64,000 nucleotides of DNA, taken from IMG/VR virus record IMGVR_UViG_3300025314_000006. One strand, written 5' to 3'. The position numbers and the translations under genes were made by a program. Below are positions 38,807 through 47,944 of this stretch, one piece after another. The stretch is from a virus. Lineage: Duplodnaviria > Caudoviricetes. Each line of letters opens with the position of its first letter. Positions within the stretch are counted from its first letter, which is position 1. The notes under the pieces are model-generated. The model searched no databases and was not told the DNA's origin. It worked only from the letters and a program-made list of their open reading frames with translations.

Positions 38807-38844
38807 AAAAAATCCAGCCACTAAGTGAGCTGGATTTTTTATTT
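38807..38844 (+). terminator. Rho-independent terminator after the capsid gene
   Basis: AAAAATCCAGC-CACTAAGTGA-GCTGGATTTTT. Confidence 0.8.
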
Positions 38845-38900
38845 AATATTATTTAACTCCAAAGTTTGGAATTTTGAAAATTTGTTATATATTTACAAGT

Positions 38901-40379
38901 ATGAAAAAAATACGATGTAAAACAACCGGTAAAGAATTTGGAGACTTAGAAAATAAAAGCGGATGTATAGCAGAACATCTTAATAGCTTAAATATAAATG
39001 TTCCAACCTCATTTTTAAGAAGACAGTTTCTAAAAAAAAATGGTCAAATGTGGCATATGCAATTTTTTGACGTTTTTGAAACAGTAGACAAAGAAATTAA
39101 AAAATGTAAATATTGTGATTGGACAACTGTTGATTTAGATAATAAAAGCGGTCAATACACGTTGCATTTAAAAGATAAACACAACAAAGATATTATACAG
39201 TATGTTGAAGAATATCCAGAAGAAAAAAATCTATTTAATACATTTTTTAATAAAAAAGAGCTAAAAGATTTTATAAATTCCTCAGAAGATAACTATATTA
39301 TTTGTAAAGTGTGTAATGAGAAATTAAAAAAAATTACCAATAGTCACTTAAAAACTCATAATCTTTCATTATTTGAATATAAACTCAATTTTTCGACTGA
39401 AACATTAAGTGAATTTGCTAGACAAAATTGTATAAAACAATATGAAGAAAATTTAAAATTTATTAAAAGTAATTTTACATCATCTGGACATAAAGAAATT
39501 AATGATTTTTTATTTGAATTAGGATTAAATTATGAAGTGAATAATAAAAGTTTATTAAAAGGAATTGAATTAGATATTTTAATTCCTGACAAAAAAATAG
39601 CCATCGAATATAATGGTTTACTATATCATTCAGAGATATATGGTAAAAAATCTCGTAGCTATCATTTAAATAAAACTAAACAAACTAATGAAAATGGTTA
39701 TTTATTAATACATATTTTTGAAGATGATTGGATTCAAAAAAAAGATATAGTAAAATCCAAACTTAGACACTTACTTGGTTTAAATAAAAACATCATCATT
39801 CACGCAAGAAAATGTATTATTAAAGAAATAAACCCTACTTTAAAAAATGAATTTTTAAACAAAAATCACATTCAAGGAGAAGATATGTCAAACATTCATT
39901 TAGGAGCTTATAATAACGATGATTTAGTTGCTGTTATGACTTTTGATTCAAATAGACACATGTCTATAAAAAATATAGTTGAAGGAGAGTGTGAATTAAA
40001 AAGATTTGCGACAAAAATAGATTGCAGAATTCCAGGTATTGCTAGTAAGTTACTGAAATATTTTATTAAAAATAATAATCCTAAAAAAATAATAAGCTTT
40101 GCAGATAAAACCACAACAATAAACGATGAAAATTTATATACTAAACTTGGATTTATTTGTAAGGAAATAATCGGGCCGGATTATAAATATTTCAATCCAA
40201 AAGTATCGAGGAATAGAAGACTACACAAATTCGGTTTCGGAAAAAACTCTATAAAGAAAAAATTTCCAGAAGTTTATAATCCGGATAAAACCGAATGGGA
40301 AATGATGCAAGAACTTGGTTATGATAGAATCTGGGACTGTGGCAAATTTCGGTATGAAATGGAAATAAAAAATGATTAA
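38901..40379 (+). CDS. Putative homing endonuclease (Zn fingers, DUF559-like nuclease, Hef-like C-terminus)
   Basis: ELDILIPDKKIAIEYNGLLYHS; ARKCIIKEI; KNHIQG; ELKRFA; RIWDCG. Start placed at the ATG at 38901. Confidence 0.8.
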   Translation: MKKIRCKTTGKEFGDLENKSGCIAEHLNSLNINVPTSFLRRQFLKKNGQMWHMQFFDVFETVDKEIKKCKYCDWTTVDLDNKSGQYTLHLKDKHNKDIIQYVEEYPEEKNLFNTFFNKKELKDFINSSEDNYIICKVCNEKLKKITNSHLKTHNLSLFEYKLNFSTETLSEFARQNCIKQYEENLKFIKSNFTSSGHKEINDFLFELGLNYEVNNKSLLKGIELDILIPDKKIAIEYNGLLYHSEIYGKKSRSYHLNKTKQTNENGYLLIHIFEDDWIQKKDIVKSKLRHLLGLNKNIIIHARKCIIKEINPTLKNEFLNKNHIQGEDMSNIHLGAYNNDDLVAVMTFDSNRHMSIKNIVEGECELKRFATKIDCRIPGIASKLLKYFIKNNNPKKIISFADKTTTINDENLYTKLGFICKEIIGPDYKYFNPKVSRNRRLHKFGFGKNSIKKKFPEVYNPDKTEWEMMQELGYDRIWDCGKFRYEMEIKND

Positions 40380-40416
40380 ATTGATTTTTTAACATATTTA
40401 TAGTTAAAGATAAAAT

Positions 40417-40605
40417 ATGGAAACAATTTCAAAAGTAGTAACATCATCTTGCGTGATAAATGGCACAATTCAAGGTTCGCAAATAAATATTACATATAGT
40501 CAAACTGGAACAGATAAACCATCACAGATTAATGCAAATTGTACAATTCCTTCTATTATAGAAAGTGGAGCCACACAAACTCAAAATATTGATAATAATT
40601 TATGA
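40417..40605 (+). CDS. Small hypothetical protein
   Basis: 62 aa; preceded by a TATTTA motif. Confidence 0.5.
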   Translation: METISKVVTSSCVINGTIQGSQINITYSQTGTDKPSQINANCTIPSIIESGATQTQNIDNNL

Positions 40606-40781
40606 GACCAGGGCTTGCTGGAGGAATGATTAATAATGGTACAAACATAAATATGATAATGTACAGCAATGGACAAAAATCAACTTCAATATCAGGAAAA
40701 TTAACGATGGATGAAGTGGCATTTATTTTGTCCGAAATTGAGGTGGAGCTTAACGCAATTTTTAATCAATTTACAGTTTAA
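40602..40781 (+). CDS. Small hypothetical protein (not in the track)
   Basis: 59-aa ORF MRPGLAGGMINNG...FNQFTV; ATGA overlap with the upstream stop. Confidence 0.45.
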   Translation: MRPGLAGGMINNGTNINMIMYSNGQKSTSISGKLTMDEVAFILSEIEVELNAIFNQFTV

Positions 40782-41248
40782 TTTAAACCATTTAAACTCT
40801 GAAGAACAATTTTTACTGTATCGTTTTCTATAACAACCGGTATTCTAATCATGTTTTTTGTAGCATAAATAATTGCTTCATAATTTAAAACAACAGTATC
40901 GGTACCAGTTTTAGATTTTAATTTTATAGTATAAGCAAATTCCATAGTTTCGTACATTTTACGAATATTTACTGTTCCATATTTTTTAATAGAACCGGAA
41001 CTTGTGAATTTTAGCATATCATCAAATTTTCCAATTTTATACAAGGCTTGGAAATAATTTCCAAATGAAGAGCCGTAAACCAATACTGGATTTGAGTATT
41101 GTTTGATTTCTAAATCTGTATTAGTTACCGGTCCGTTCTTAACCACTGTCTTAATAATAGAAGTTTCAATATGGTTTTCTTTATTTTTGCAAGAGCTTAA
41201 AGCTATTGCTAAAACAGATGTAATTAAAATAAATGATTTAGTTTTCAT
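40778..41248 (-). CDS. Lipoprotein
   Basis: Signal peptide MKTKSFILITSVLAIALSS-CKNK with lipobox Cys followed by Lys-rich residues. Confidence 0.7.
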   Translation of the reverse strand: MKTKSFILITSVLAIALSSCKNKENHIETSIIKTVVKNGPVTNTDLEIKQYSNPVLVYGSSFGNYFQALYKIGKFDDMLKFTSSGSIKKYGTVNIRKMYETMEFAYTIKLKSKTGTDTVVLNYEAIIYATKNMIRIPVVIENDTVKIVLQSLNGLN

Positions 41249-41266
41249 ATTGTTTGTTTTATTAAA

Positions 41267-41296
41267 TTAAACGGTAAATGAGTTAGATTGTTGCAA
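41267..41296 (-). promoter_or_regulatory. Bipartite motif TTGCAACA-N15-CGTTTAA
   Basis: Exact copy upstream of the lipoprotein start. Confidence 0.65.
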
Positions 41297-41335
41297 TATT
41301 TTTGCTATTTACTATAACAATCTAAAAACAACAAA

Positions 41336-41629
41336 ATGGGAACTAAAATGACAATTAGCAATTTAAAGAAACTTGTAAGAGAAGAAGTTGACAGACAAAT
41401 GACCGCAGAAAATAATCTTAATGAAGCAAAGAAAAAACCTTCTGCAGTACTTACTAAGAAAGAAAAATCAACTGTAGTTAAAAAAGCTAAAGCCGGTGAA
41501 GATGTTTGTAAAAAAGGAAAAGAATTTAAAGAGATTGAAAAGAAAGCTAAAGAATCAGGTGCTAAAGATCCAAAAGCAGTTGCCGGTGCAGCTATGTGGA
41601 AAAATATATCAAAGAAAAAAGGTAAATAA
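41336..41629 (+). CDS. Small basic protein (possible head-internal protein)
   Basis: Lys-rich; N-terminal LKKLVREE and LNE motifs. Confidence 0.6.
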   Translation: MGTKMTISNLKKLVREEVDRQMTAENNLNEAKKKPSAVLTKKEKSTVVKKAKAGEDVCKKGKEFKEIEKKAKESGAKDPKAVAGAAMWKNISKKKGK

Positions 41630-41636
41630 CAAACTG

Positions 41637-42035
41637 TTATTTTAACAATTCAGCTATATCTGAATGAATTTTTTCATTCACCATTGACTTCCATTCATCT
41701 GAGCCACTTTTAATGAAGTTTCTTATCTGAGTGGCGCTGATATTAGCAATAGTTTCAGGTGGCGTGTACATATTTGTTTCATATCCAACTGTTCTGCCCC
41801 AATTTACAGATTCTATATCTGGAATTATAATAACGGCAACATTTTGACCTTCATAAATTTTTTCCCATAAAAATTTAACCTGCTCCGCAGATAATGGGTT
41901 TTTTTCATCCGGAACAATATCTCTTATTGCTATTAACACCGGAATTCCTTTATTTAATTTTTGCTCGAACAGCCATTGGTGAGCGAGGGAGCAAGGCTGA
42001 AAACGTCCAATAAATAGAGCATTAGGTTTTTTCAT
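41637..42035 (-). CDS. Cytidylyltransferase/NMN-adenylyltransferase-like nucleotidyltransferase
   Basis: FIGRFQPxxxAH (the HxGH motif reads SLAH) and NISATQIR. Confidence 0.75.
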   Translation of the reverse strand: MKKPNALFIGRFQPCSLAHQWLFEQKLNKGIPVLIAIRDIVPDEKNPLSAEQVKFLWEKIYEGQNVAVIIIPDIESVNWGRTVGYETNMYTPPETIANISATQIRNFIKSGSDEWKSMVNEKIHSDIAELLK

Positions 42036-42883
42036 AGTATGTAATTTTCAAGTATTTTTTTCACATTTTTAAATCTATTATCCATTACTAAAATATAATC
42101 ATATTCTTTTTCTGCGGCTTCTTTTTTTAATAAATTTATTTCTAAATTATTTTCCCAAATATATGTAGATTTTATCTCAAAAACAATATTACTATTTTTT
42201 ATTGTAAAATCAGAAAAATAAGAATGTGTTTTTCCATTTGCATCATTATAGTTTATTATTGGACCACGTTCTATTAAATTTAATAAATTAAAACTTTCAA
42301 CATATAACAAAAATTTCAATTCATAAGAACTTTGATAATCAATTTCTTTATATTGTTTTGTAAATATTTTACCCCATCTTTTTCCTGGTTTTTGCCTTCC
42401 TTCTTTATAAGATAATAATGTTGCTTTGCTTAACTTATCTTTTGTTTCTTGTGTTCTTTTTTTGCCAGTATTAAGTATTGCTATTTTAGCCCAGCCATTT
42501 GCTTTTTTTATTTTTTCTTTCGATGTTTCCCATGTAAATGGATTTCCTTTTTCCTCAAGAAGTTTTTTTGCTGCTAATTTAAAATTTTCATTAGGAGGAA
42601 CTCCATACATACCATTTCTTTTACCTTTATTAAAACATTTATTACAATAGTGAATGGTTTTTTTTGAATCTAAATCACGTATTCTTCTATTATGAACCGC
42701 ATCGCAATCATCACATTTTAATGTTAATTTTAAAGTTCTAAATCTTGTTGTTTTTAGTAATGCCCAATGAACTTTAATTGGTGTATTTAATTCTGGACAA
42801 TAACCTAATTTTTTAGTCCAATCACTAAGTCGGCAACTATTAGGTAGTTCTATTTCTAATTCTTCAAATTCTTTAATATACAT
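42032..42883 (-). CDS. Putative homing endonuclease (NUMOD3-like repeat plus PD-(D/E)xK)
   Basis: GKRNGMYG; TGKKRTQETKDKLS; YQSSYE...YFSDF...VFEIKS. Confidence 0.7.
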   Translation of the reverse strand: MYIKEFEELEIELPNSCRLSDWTKKLGYCPELNTPIKVHWALLKTTRFRTLKLTLKCDDCDAVHNRRIRDLDSKKTIHYCNKCFNKGKRNGMYGVPPNENFKLAAKKLLEEKGNPFTWETSKEKIKKANGWAKIAILNTGKKRTQETKDKLSKATLLSYKEGRQKPGKRWGKIFTKQYKEIDYQSSYELKFLLYVESFNLLNLIERGPIINYNDANGKTHSYFSDFTIKNSNIVFEIKSTYIWENNLEINLLKKEAAEKEYDYILVMDNRFKNVKKILENYIL

Positions 42884-42941
42884 ATCTCTTTATACATAAA
42901 TATAAAGAAAAAAGTAAAAATAAGATTATTGCCACATCATT

Positions 42942-43169
42942 TTAGACATGTCCATTTAATTGATTAAATATTTTTAATAATTTCATTTTTCTTCCGGTAA
43001 GATTTCTGACTTTTTCAACAAGAACATATCTAACAGGAAATTCCGCATCTTGTTCTTCTAATTTTCGTAATGCATCTGAAATTAAATTTGTATGCATTAT
43101 TCCATTTTTAAATATTTCAGGAAATTCTTCTCTAAGTTGATTAAAAATCTCTTCTCTATTTTTTCTCAT
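42942..43169 (-). CDS. Small hypothetical protein
   Basis: 75-aa ORF coupled to the upstream gene. Confidence 0.55.
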   Translation of the reverse strand: MRKNREEIFNQLREEFPEIFKNGIMHTNLISDALRKLEEQDAEFPVRYVLVEKVRNLTGRKMKLLKIFNQLNGHV

Positions 43170-43330
43170 TATTTAAAAAATTTTATTATAGAGAACTTCA
43201 ATTTAACAAAAAATAATGACAAGCGAGAAATAGATAACATAAAAGATTCCCATGTTATAAATAAATCAGCTAAATCAAAATGAGAATGTGCATCCGGACA
43301 AAATCCTAATATATGATAAATTATTTCCAT
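43169..43330 (-). CDS. Small hydrophobic protein
   Basis: MEIIYHILGFCPDAHSHFD...; start moved to the ATG at 43330 to avoid the tRNA-like element. Confidence 0.5.
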   Translation of the reverse strand: MEIIYHILGFCPDAHSHFDLADLFITWESFMLSISRLSLFFVKLKFSIIKFFK

Positions 43331-43340
43331 AGTTAAATTA

Positions 43341-43397
43341 TGTGACCCCAGTTGAATTCGAATCAACTTGTGTTCTATCCAGCTGAGCTATGGAGTC
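43341..43397 (-). ncRNA. tRNA-like RNA lacking the anticodon arm
   Basis: GACTCCA-TA-GCTCAGCTGGATAGAAC-ACAA-GTTGA-TTCGAAT-TCAAC-TGGGGTC-A: 7-bp acceptor stem, D arm and perfect T arm, with only 4 nt between D and T arms. Confidence 0.65.
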
Positions 43398-43417
43398 ATT
43401 AATTGCAAAATTACAAT

Positions 43418-44011
43418 TTAAAATTCACACTCTTCAACTTTTTTAATTCTTTTTTCTGGATATTTTTCAAACAATACTTTATATTTTGAAACTTTATTTT
43501 TTCCTTCAAATTCAAGACTTATTTGAATCATTTCGGAAAGAGTAACAGCTTGAGTTCCTCCTTTAAAAATTAAATTCAATTTATTAACTGACATTTTTAA
43601 ATTTCTTGCCAATTCTCTTTTTGTAAGCTTTTCATTTTTAATGTGTTCAAGAAGGCACCTTCCAATAAACCAGCAAATTGAATTCCGGCCTTTTTTAGGC
43701 GCTTTTAAAAAAACCATTTGGCCTTCTTTCCCTATTGTTACTCTTGTATTTATCAAATGAAAAAAACTTCCTACCTCACTTGCAATAAGACATCCACTTT
43801 TTTTATAAAAACTAAAACTTTTAAATGGTAATTTTTTCCCATCTTTTTCAAATTCTTCAATAGGAACAATTAAAATATTTAATCCAACTTCTGATTTTCC
43901 TGCCTCTATTTCTGTACAAACAAAACAAACAACGTAGTTTAAAGGAGATAATCCTTTCTCTTTCATTAATTCTTTTGTTCTTTTAAAAAAAATATTAGTG
44001 GCGTTTATCAT
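43418..44011 (-). CDS. Hypothetical protein with C-terminal Cro/XRE-like HTH
   Basis: LTKRELARNLKMSVNKLNLIFKG. Confidence 0.6.
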   Translation of the reverse strand: MINATNIFFKRTKELMKEKGLSPLNYVVCFVCTEIEAGKSEVGLNILIVPIEEFEKDGKKLPFKSFSFYKKSGCLIASEVGSFFHLINTRVTIGKEGQMVFLKAPKKGRNSICWFIGRCLLEHIKNEKLTKRELARNLKMSVNKLNLIFKGGTQAVTLSEMIQISLEFEGKNKVSKYKVLFEKYPEKRIKKVEECEF

Positions 44012-44537
44012 TTTTTGTTTTTGCTTTATTTTGTCTTATCTTTTTTTGCATAGGAGCATTTGTTTGTCCTATATGTTCGCGAAGATAAAGTTCTTTTTTA
44101 AAAACTAATTCTTCATCTGTATTACGTAAGTATCTTTTTCTTTTCCTGAATTCCGTTAACAATCTTACAGTATCCATTTTCTTTAATCTTTCTGGAACTT
44201 CAAGGTTCTCCCAAGCAATAAAATCTTCTATTCTTTTATCTTCAAAAACTTCTCCCCACTTTTTTTCAAATTTAACTTTATTTTTTCCGCAAACAACGCC
44301 TATTTTAGGAAAACCATTTTCTGTTTTTATATATTCAATTTCTCCTTTTCTAAAAGTGTTATCAGGTTTTTTAACTCTAACAATCATTCCAACATAAAGA
44401 ATGTTCTCTCCCCAACCATATCTTGAAAGCCCTCCTTTTTCATCAAGATAGAATTCTTCATCCTTATACTTTTTTTTAAGTATTTCAAGCTCTCTTTCTT
44501 TTCTTAGTCTGTCTAATTTTTCTTCTGATGTTTCCAT
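43995..44537 (-). CDS. Hypothetical protein
   Basis: 180-aa ORF; a variant bipartite promoter motif lies at 44544..44573. Confidence 0.7.
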   Translation of the reverse strand: METSEEKLDRLRKERELEILKKKYKDEEFYLDEKGGLSRYGWGENILYVGMIVRVKKPDNTFRKGEIEYIKTENGFPKIGVVCGKNKVKFEKKWGEVFEDKRIEDFIAWENLEVPERLKKMDTVRLLTEFRKRKRYLRNTDEELVFKKELYLREHIGQTNAPMQKKIRQNKAKTKNDKRH

Positions 44538-44576
44538 GGTGTTTTAAACGAAATAAACTGAAAGTTGTTGCTTAAT

Positions 44577-45488
44577 TTATAAATTTGTTGAAATTTTATT
44601 CCATTTTCTTTCTAAACAAGGTAGGTTAAATTTTGAGATAATGTCTTTTAATAATAATATTTTATTTCTTCTATATAAATTAATAGTTATTATATTTGTT
44701 TTTTTTACACCTTTTATAAAAAAATCATTATATAATTTTGTTTTTTTTAGAATTTTAATGTAAAATTTTTTCCAATTTTTGTGAGAAACTATAGAAATTC
44801 TATTAGAATTTTTTGAACCATTTTTAGATATACATCCATCTCCATCTATTATTCCTATTATTAAACATAATAATAATTCAGTATTATATTTAGAAATGCG
44901 TTTGAAATTTATAGGATTATAAGTTTTTCTATCTTTTAAATTATATTTTCCTTGTATTTCAGGAATTGATATTCTGTTTGAAAATGATATTCTATATGAT
45001 TGTGATTTATTTCTAAATTTTATTTCTTTATTAAAATTAATAAATTTAGCAAATTTTTGCAAGTGATTTAAATCTTTTTTCGCTAAACATAATTCGAATT
45101 TATTTTTATTTAATGAACCATCAGCTATTATAAATCCAAGCCAATAAAAACTTAAAAATGTTTCTTCTAATAATTTAGATAGATTATTTTCACTGTTATT
45201 ATATATATCATTTAACTTGTGTTCTTTTTTAAATTTACCGCCATTAATCGAACATTTTTTACATAAACTTTTATTATTAATAGCTACTCTTTTATCAGAA
45301 AATCGTGAATAAACTATAATATTATCACAATTAGGACAATTTCTATTTAAATTTTTAAATAAATCAATATCATGTTTTCTTTTTGAACATGTTCTACAAG
45401 CTCTATTTGCCTTAAAAATTTAGTTGCAATTTTTTTCAGATGAATGAATTAATTCTTTATGACATTGTGGACAATTTCTTTTATACAT
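44577..45488 (-). pseudogene. LAGLIDADG homing endonuclease with an in-frame TAA at codon 23
   Basis: ATG at 45488; CPQC, stop at 45420..45422, then CRTC/CPNC/CKKC, YWLGFIIADGS and LIIGIIDGDGCI, all in one frame continuous with the track ORF 44577..45062. Confidence 0.8.
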
Positions 45489-45558
45489 AATTTAATTTAT
45501 AATAAATATGTATAAATTTCCAAAAGCTGGTAAACCGTTATTTAATGTTTTGTTTTTA

Positions 45559-45891
45559 TTAAATCAGACATTTTATTTTTTCAATTAGCACTATTCTTGT
45601 TTCACCTAAAAAACTTACGAACTCCCAGTGTGTATCATGTTTACTGCGTTTCCAAGCTGTTTTTCTGTGTTTAAGCCCACTCGTTAAAACATCACTATAA
45701 ATTCCTTCTCCTTCAAGAAGATTTAAAAGTTGATAAGTTTTCATGCACGCATGAAATCCTTCTAAGATACAAAACCTTTCAATTTCAGTATGGTAACTTT
45801 CAATAGATTCTAAGTCTTCCTGAAACCAAATTTCAGCATGTTTGCCAGCTATTCTTATTTTGTGAATGGTTTTTATTACGTGTTCAGACAT
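45559..45891 (-). CDS. Hypothetical protein
   Basis: Track ORF; start moved to MSEHVIK. Confidence 0.6.
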   Translation of the reverse strand: MSEHVIKTIHKIRIAGKHAEIWFQEDLESIESYHTEIERFCILEGFHACMKTYQLLNLLEGEGIYSDVLTSGLKHRKTAWKRSKHDTHWEFVSFLGETRIVLIEKIKCLI

Positions 45892-46198
45892 TATTTGCTT
45901 TTTCAATATCATATTTTAAAAAATTTTCAAAAAAATCTTCAATACCACAACAACTATAATATTTATTTTGTAATCCCTTTTTATTAACTCCCCATCTTCC
46001 AGTAGTATAAAAATATTGATACTTTTTATTTCCTATATAAATAAAAATCATATGAGCACTTTCTACAACGAGAAATTTTATATTTTTATCATTTAAAAAT
46101 TTTTTAACATTTTCAATAGTTTCTTCTGTAAATCTTTTAAACTTTGCTTCTCCTTTAGAACTTACGTGAGAAAATTCCCATTTTTTTTTATTTTCCAT
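45884..46198 (-). CDS. Hypothetical protein
   Basis: 104-aa ORF coupled to the RNA ligase gene. Confidence 0.65.
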   Translation of the reverse strand: MENKKKWEFSHVSSKGEAKFKRFTEETIENVKKFLNDKNIKFLVVESAHMIFIYIGNKKYQYFYTTGRWGVNKKGLQNKYYSCCGIEDFFENFLKYDIEKANNV

Positions 46199-46998
46199 TA
46201 TTTTGTTTTATAATTGTTTTCATAACCATACCATTTATATTTTTCACTATTAATCAAAGTGGCTGGCTTCCAGGTTTTAGTCCAATGCTCATCTGTTTTA
46301 ACGTGTTTTTCCCTAACAAGTTTGAATATGTTATTAAATTCATTTGATTGTGTTTTAATAATACCGTCATTTGTTTTAAATGATTCTACGTTTCTTATAA
46401 CAAATCCCTCACAAGCCGGTTTATCATTTTCTGGGTCATAACCTCCAAGCATGCCATGAGTGTCAGTATATTCTTCCCAATTCATACCAAGAAATGATTT
46501 TAACCATTCTCTTAAAGAGTCATCTTCTGATTTTTTATCTGATATAAATTCTGATAACGGTTTCTTAATTTCTATTACCGGAACCGTAGGAAAATCCAAC
46601 ATGCCGGCATAAAACTTAACTTCTTCCCAAGAGAGCCATACACCATTTTCTCTTACGGCAAACATATAAAAAAAAGATTCAAGTTTTTTATATCCTATAG
46701 AATGTATTCCATACATATTCTCTCCAAATATTTCAAGACCTTTTAAATCATTTTTTATAAGCTCCCATCTATCCCACATAGGTTTATCCCATAGATGTGC
46801 ACTTGGTGCCGTATGCGACCTTGCAAATACTCCCTCTTTTTTAAAACAATCATTCTGTCCATCTAATTTTTCAGAAGCAATTAATTTCATTTTAGAAATT
46901 GGCTCTAAGTATCCTTCTGACAATATCCGGTCATCCGAAGTTGTTCCTTTCGAAATTGGAAAATGTAAAGTTCTTGAGTATTTTGTTGATTCTTCCAT
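46198..46998 (-). CDS. RNA ligase family nucleotidyltransferase
   Basis: YSRTLHFP; EKLDGQN (motif I KxDG); FGENMY; EGFVIR; KLVRE. Confidence 0.8.
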   Translation of the reverse strand: MEESTKYSRTLHFPISKGTTSDDRILSEGYLEPISKMKLIASEKLDGQNDCFKKEGVFARSHTAPSAHLWDKPMWDRWELIKNDLKGLEIFGENMYGIHSIGYKKLESFFYMFAVRENGVWLSWEEVKFYAGMLDFPTVPVIEIKKPLSEFISDKKSEDDSLREWLKSFLGMNWEEYTDTHGMLGGYDPENDKPACEGFVIRNVESFKTNDGIIKTQSNEFNNIFKLVREKHVKTDEHWTKTWKPATLINSEKYKWYGYENNYKTK

Positions 46999-47000
46999 TG

Positions 47001-47288
47001 TTATTTCCAGCTAACCATTAATTCGTTACAAATATGACATACATCTAAACATTCATCGTTTATGTTTAAAACATATGGAATTAAAATGTTTGTTGTCATT
47101 TTACCACAAAAATTACATTTTTTATCAAATTCAAGAGCTGTGCTATATTCTCTTTCATAACCAAAACGTAAAGCCAATTTAATATGAAAAGGTATTTTTT
47201 CAACCAAAATTTCTCTTGTTAATTTTCTATATAAAATTTCATTTAAATCAAATACTGGCTTATATGTAAATTTATTAAATTTTTCCAT
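47001..47288 (-). CDS. Hypothetical Zn-binding protein
   Basis: CNFC...CHIC; start placed at MEKFNK; TATCTTTG box at 47295..47302. Confidence 0.55.
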   Translation of the reverse strand: MEKFNKFTYKPVFDLNEILYRKLTREILVEKIPFHIKLALRFGYEREYSTALEFDKKCNFCGKMTTNILIPYVLNINDECLDVCHICNELMVSWK

Positions 47289-47351
47289 TATACACAAAGA
47301 TAACTATTTTATATTAAACGGATGAGTAACTAAATTGTTTTTAAAAAAATG

Positions 47352-47422
47352 TTGCTCCAAATAGACTCGAACTATTATCTCGCACCTTCAAAGGGTGGCA
47401 TCCTGCATTAGACGACAGAGCA
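47352..47422 (-). tRNA. tRNA-Gln(TTG)
   Basis: Acceptor TGCTCTG/TGGAGCA; anticodon loop CTTTGAA; T loop TTCGAGT. Confidence 0.8.
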
Positions 47423-47427
47423 ATATG

Positions 47428-47499
47428 TTTTCACTCAGAGATTTGAACTCCAATTACAACAGTCAAAATGTTGTGTCCTGCCAGTTAGACGAAGTGAAA
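47428..47499 (-). tRNA. tRNA-Gln(TTG)
   Basis: Acceptor TTTCACT/AGTGAAA; anticodon arm CAACA-TTTTGAC-TGTTG; T loop TTCAAAT. Confidence 0.8.
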
Positions 47500-47502
47500 A
47501 TA

Positions 47503-47545
47503 TAAAACAAAAAACCCGAGACATTTTTAAGTGTCCCGGGTTTTT
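47503..47545 (-). terminator. Attenuator terminator upstream of the tRNA-Gln pair
   Basis: AAAAACCCGGGACA-CTTAAAAA-TGTCTCGGGTTTTTT followed by GTTTT. Confidence 0.85.
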
Positions 47546-47569
47546 CGCGTAAGTATTAAATTTTTCTCT

Positions 47570-47641
47570 TTACGACATAGCAATTCCAGAACTCTTACTC
47601 AGAGTTTGTTGTTGTTGTTGCTGTACGAATATTGTTTTCAT
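47570..47641 (-). promoter_or_regulatory. Leader peptide MKTIFVQQQQQQTLSKSSGIAMS (six consecutive Gln codons)
   Basis: ATG at 47641; CAG CAA CAA CAA CAA CAA; TAA at 47570; terminator begins about 25 nt downstream. Confidence 0.8.
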
Positions 47642-47695
47642 TTTTCTTTTAAATATTAACTAATTTTTATAAACTCGTTGTTTTTAATTGACTTG

Positions 47696-47767
47696 TAACC
47701 CCGACGGTAGTCGAAACCGCATTTTGAATTCGAAAAATTCACGTCCTAACCATTAGACGACGGGGCT
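47696..47767 (-). tRNA. tRNA-Glu(TTC)
   Basis: Acceptor AGCCCCG/CGGGGTT; anticodon arm TGAAT-TTTTCGA-ATTCA. Confidence 0.85.
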
Positions 47768-47856
47768 ATATATATCTTAAACCTATCCAAATTACGTGCA
47801 CTTAATTCAGAAAAAAATTTTATAAATTCTTTCAGTTATAAAATATTCTTTCGGCT

Positions 47857-47939
47857 TGGTGCCCCTGGCGGAAGTCGAATCCGCAAAAACCAAGTTTCTA
47901 AAACTTGTAGCTGTGCCAGTTTGCATATGTCACAGGGGC
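47857..47939 (-). tRNA. tRNA-Leu(TAG), short variable arm, encoded CCA
   Basis: Acceptor GCCCCTG/CAGGGGC then ACCA; anticodon arm CAAGT-TTTAGAA-ACTTG; enlarged D region. Confidence 0.75.
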
Positions 47940-47944
47940 ATTTA

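Noticed and set aside
31574-45422. Stop-codon reassignment (TAG ending dnaE-N and array gene A; TAA inside the LAGLIDADG gene)
   Set aside because: Long conserved genes translate fully in the standard code; reading through those TAGs meets a TAA within a few codons; no suppressor anticodon was found.
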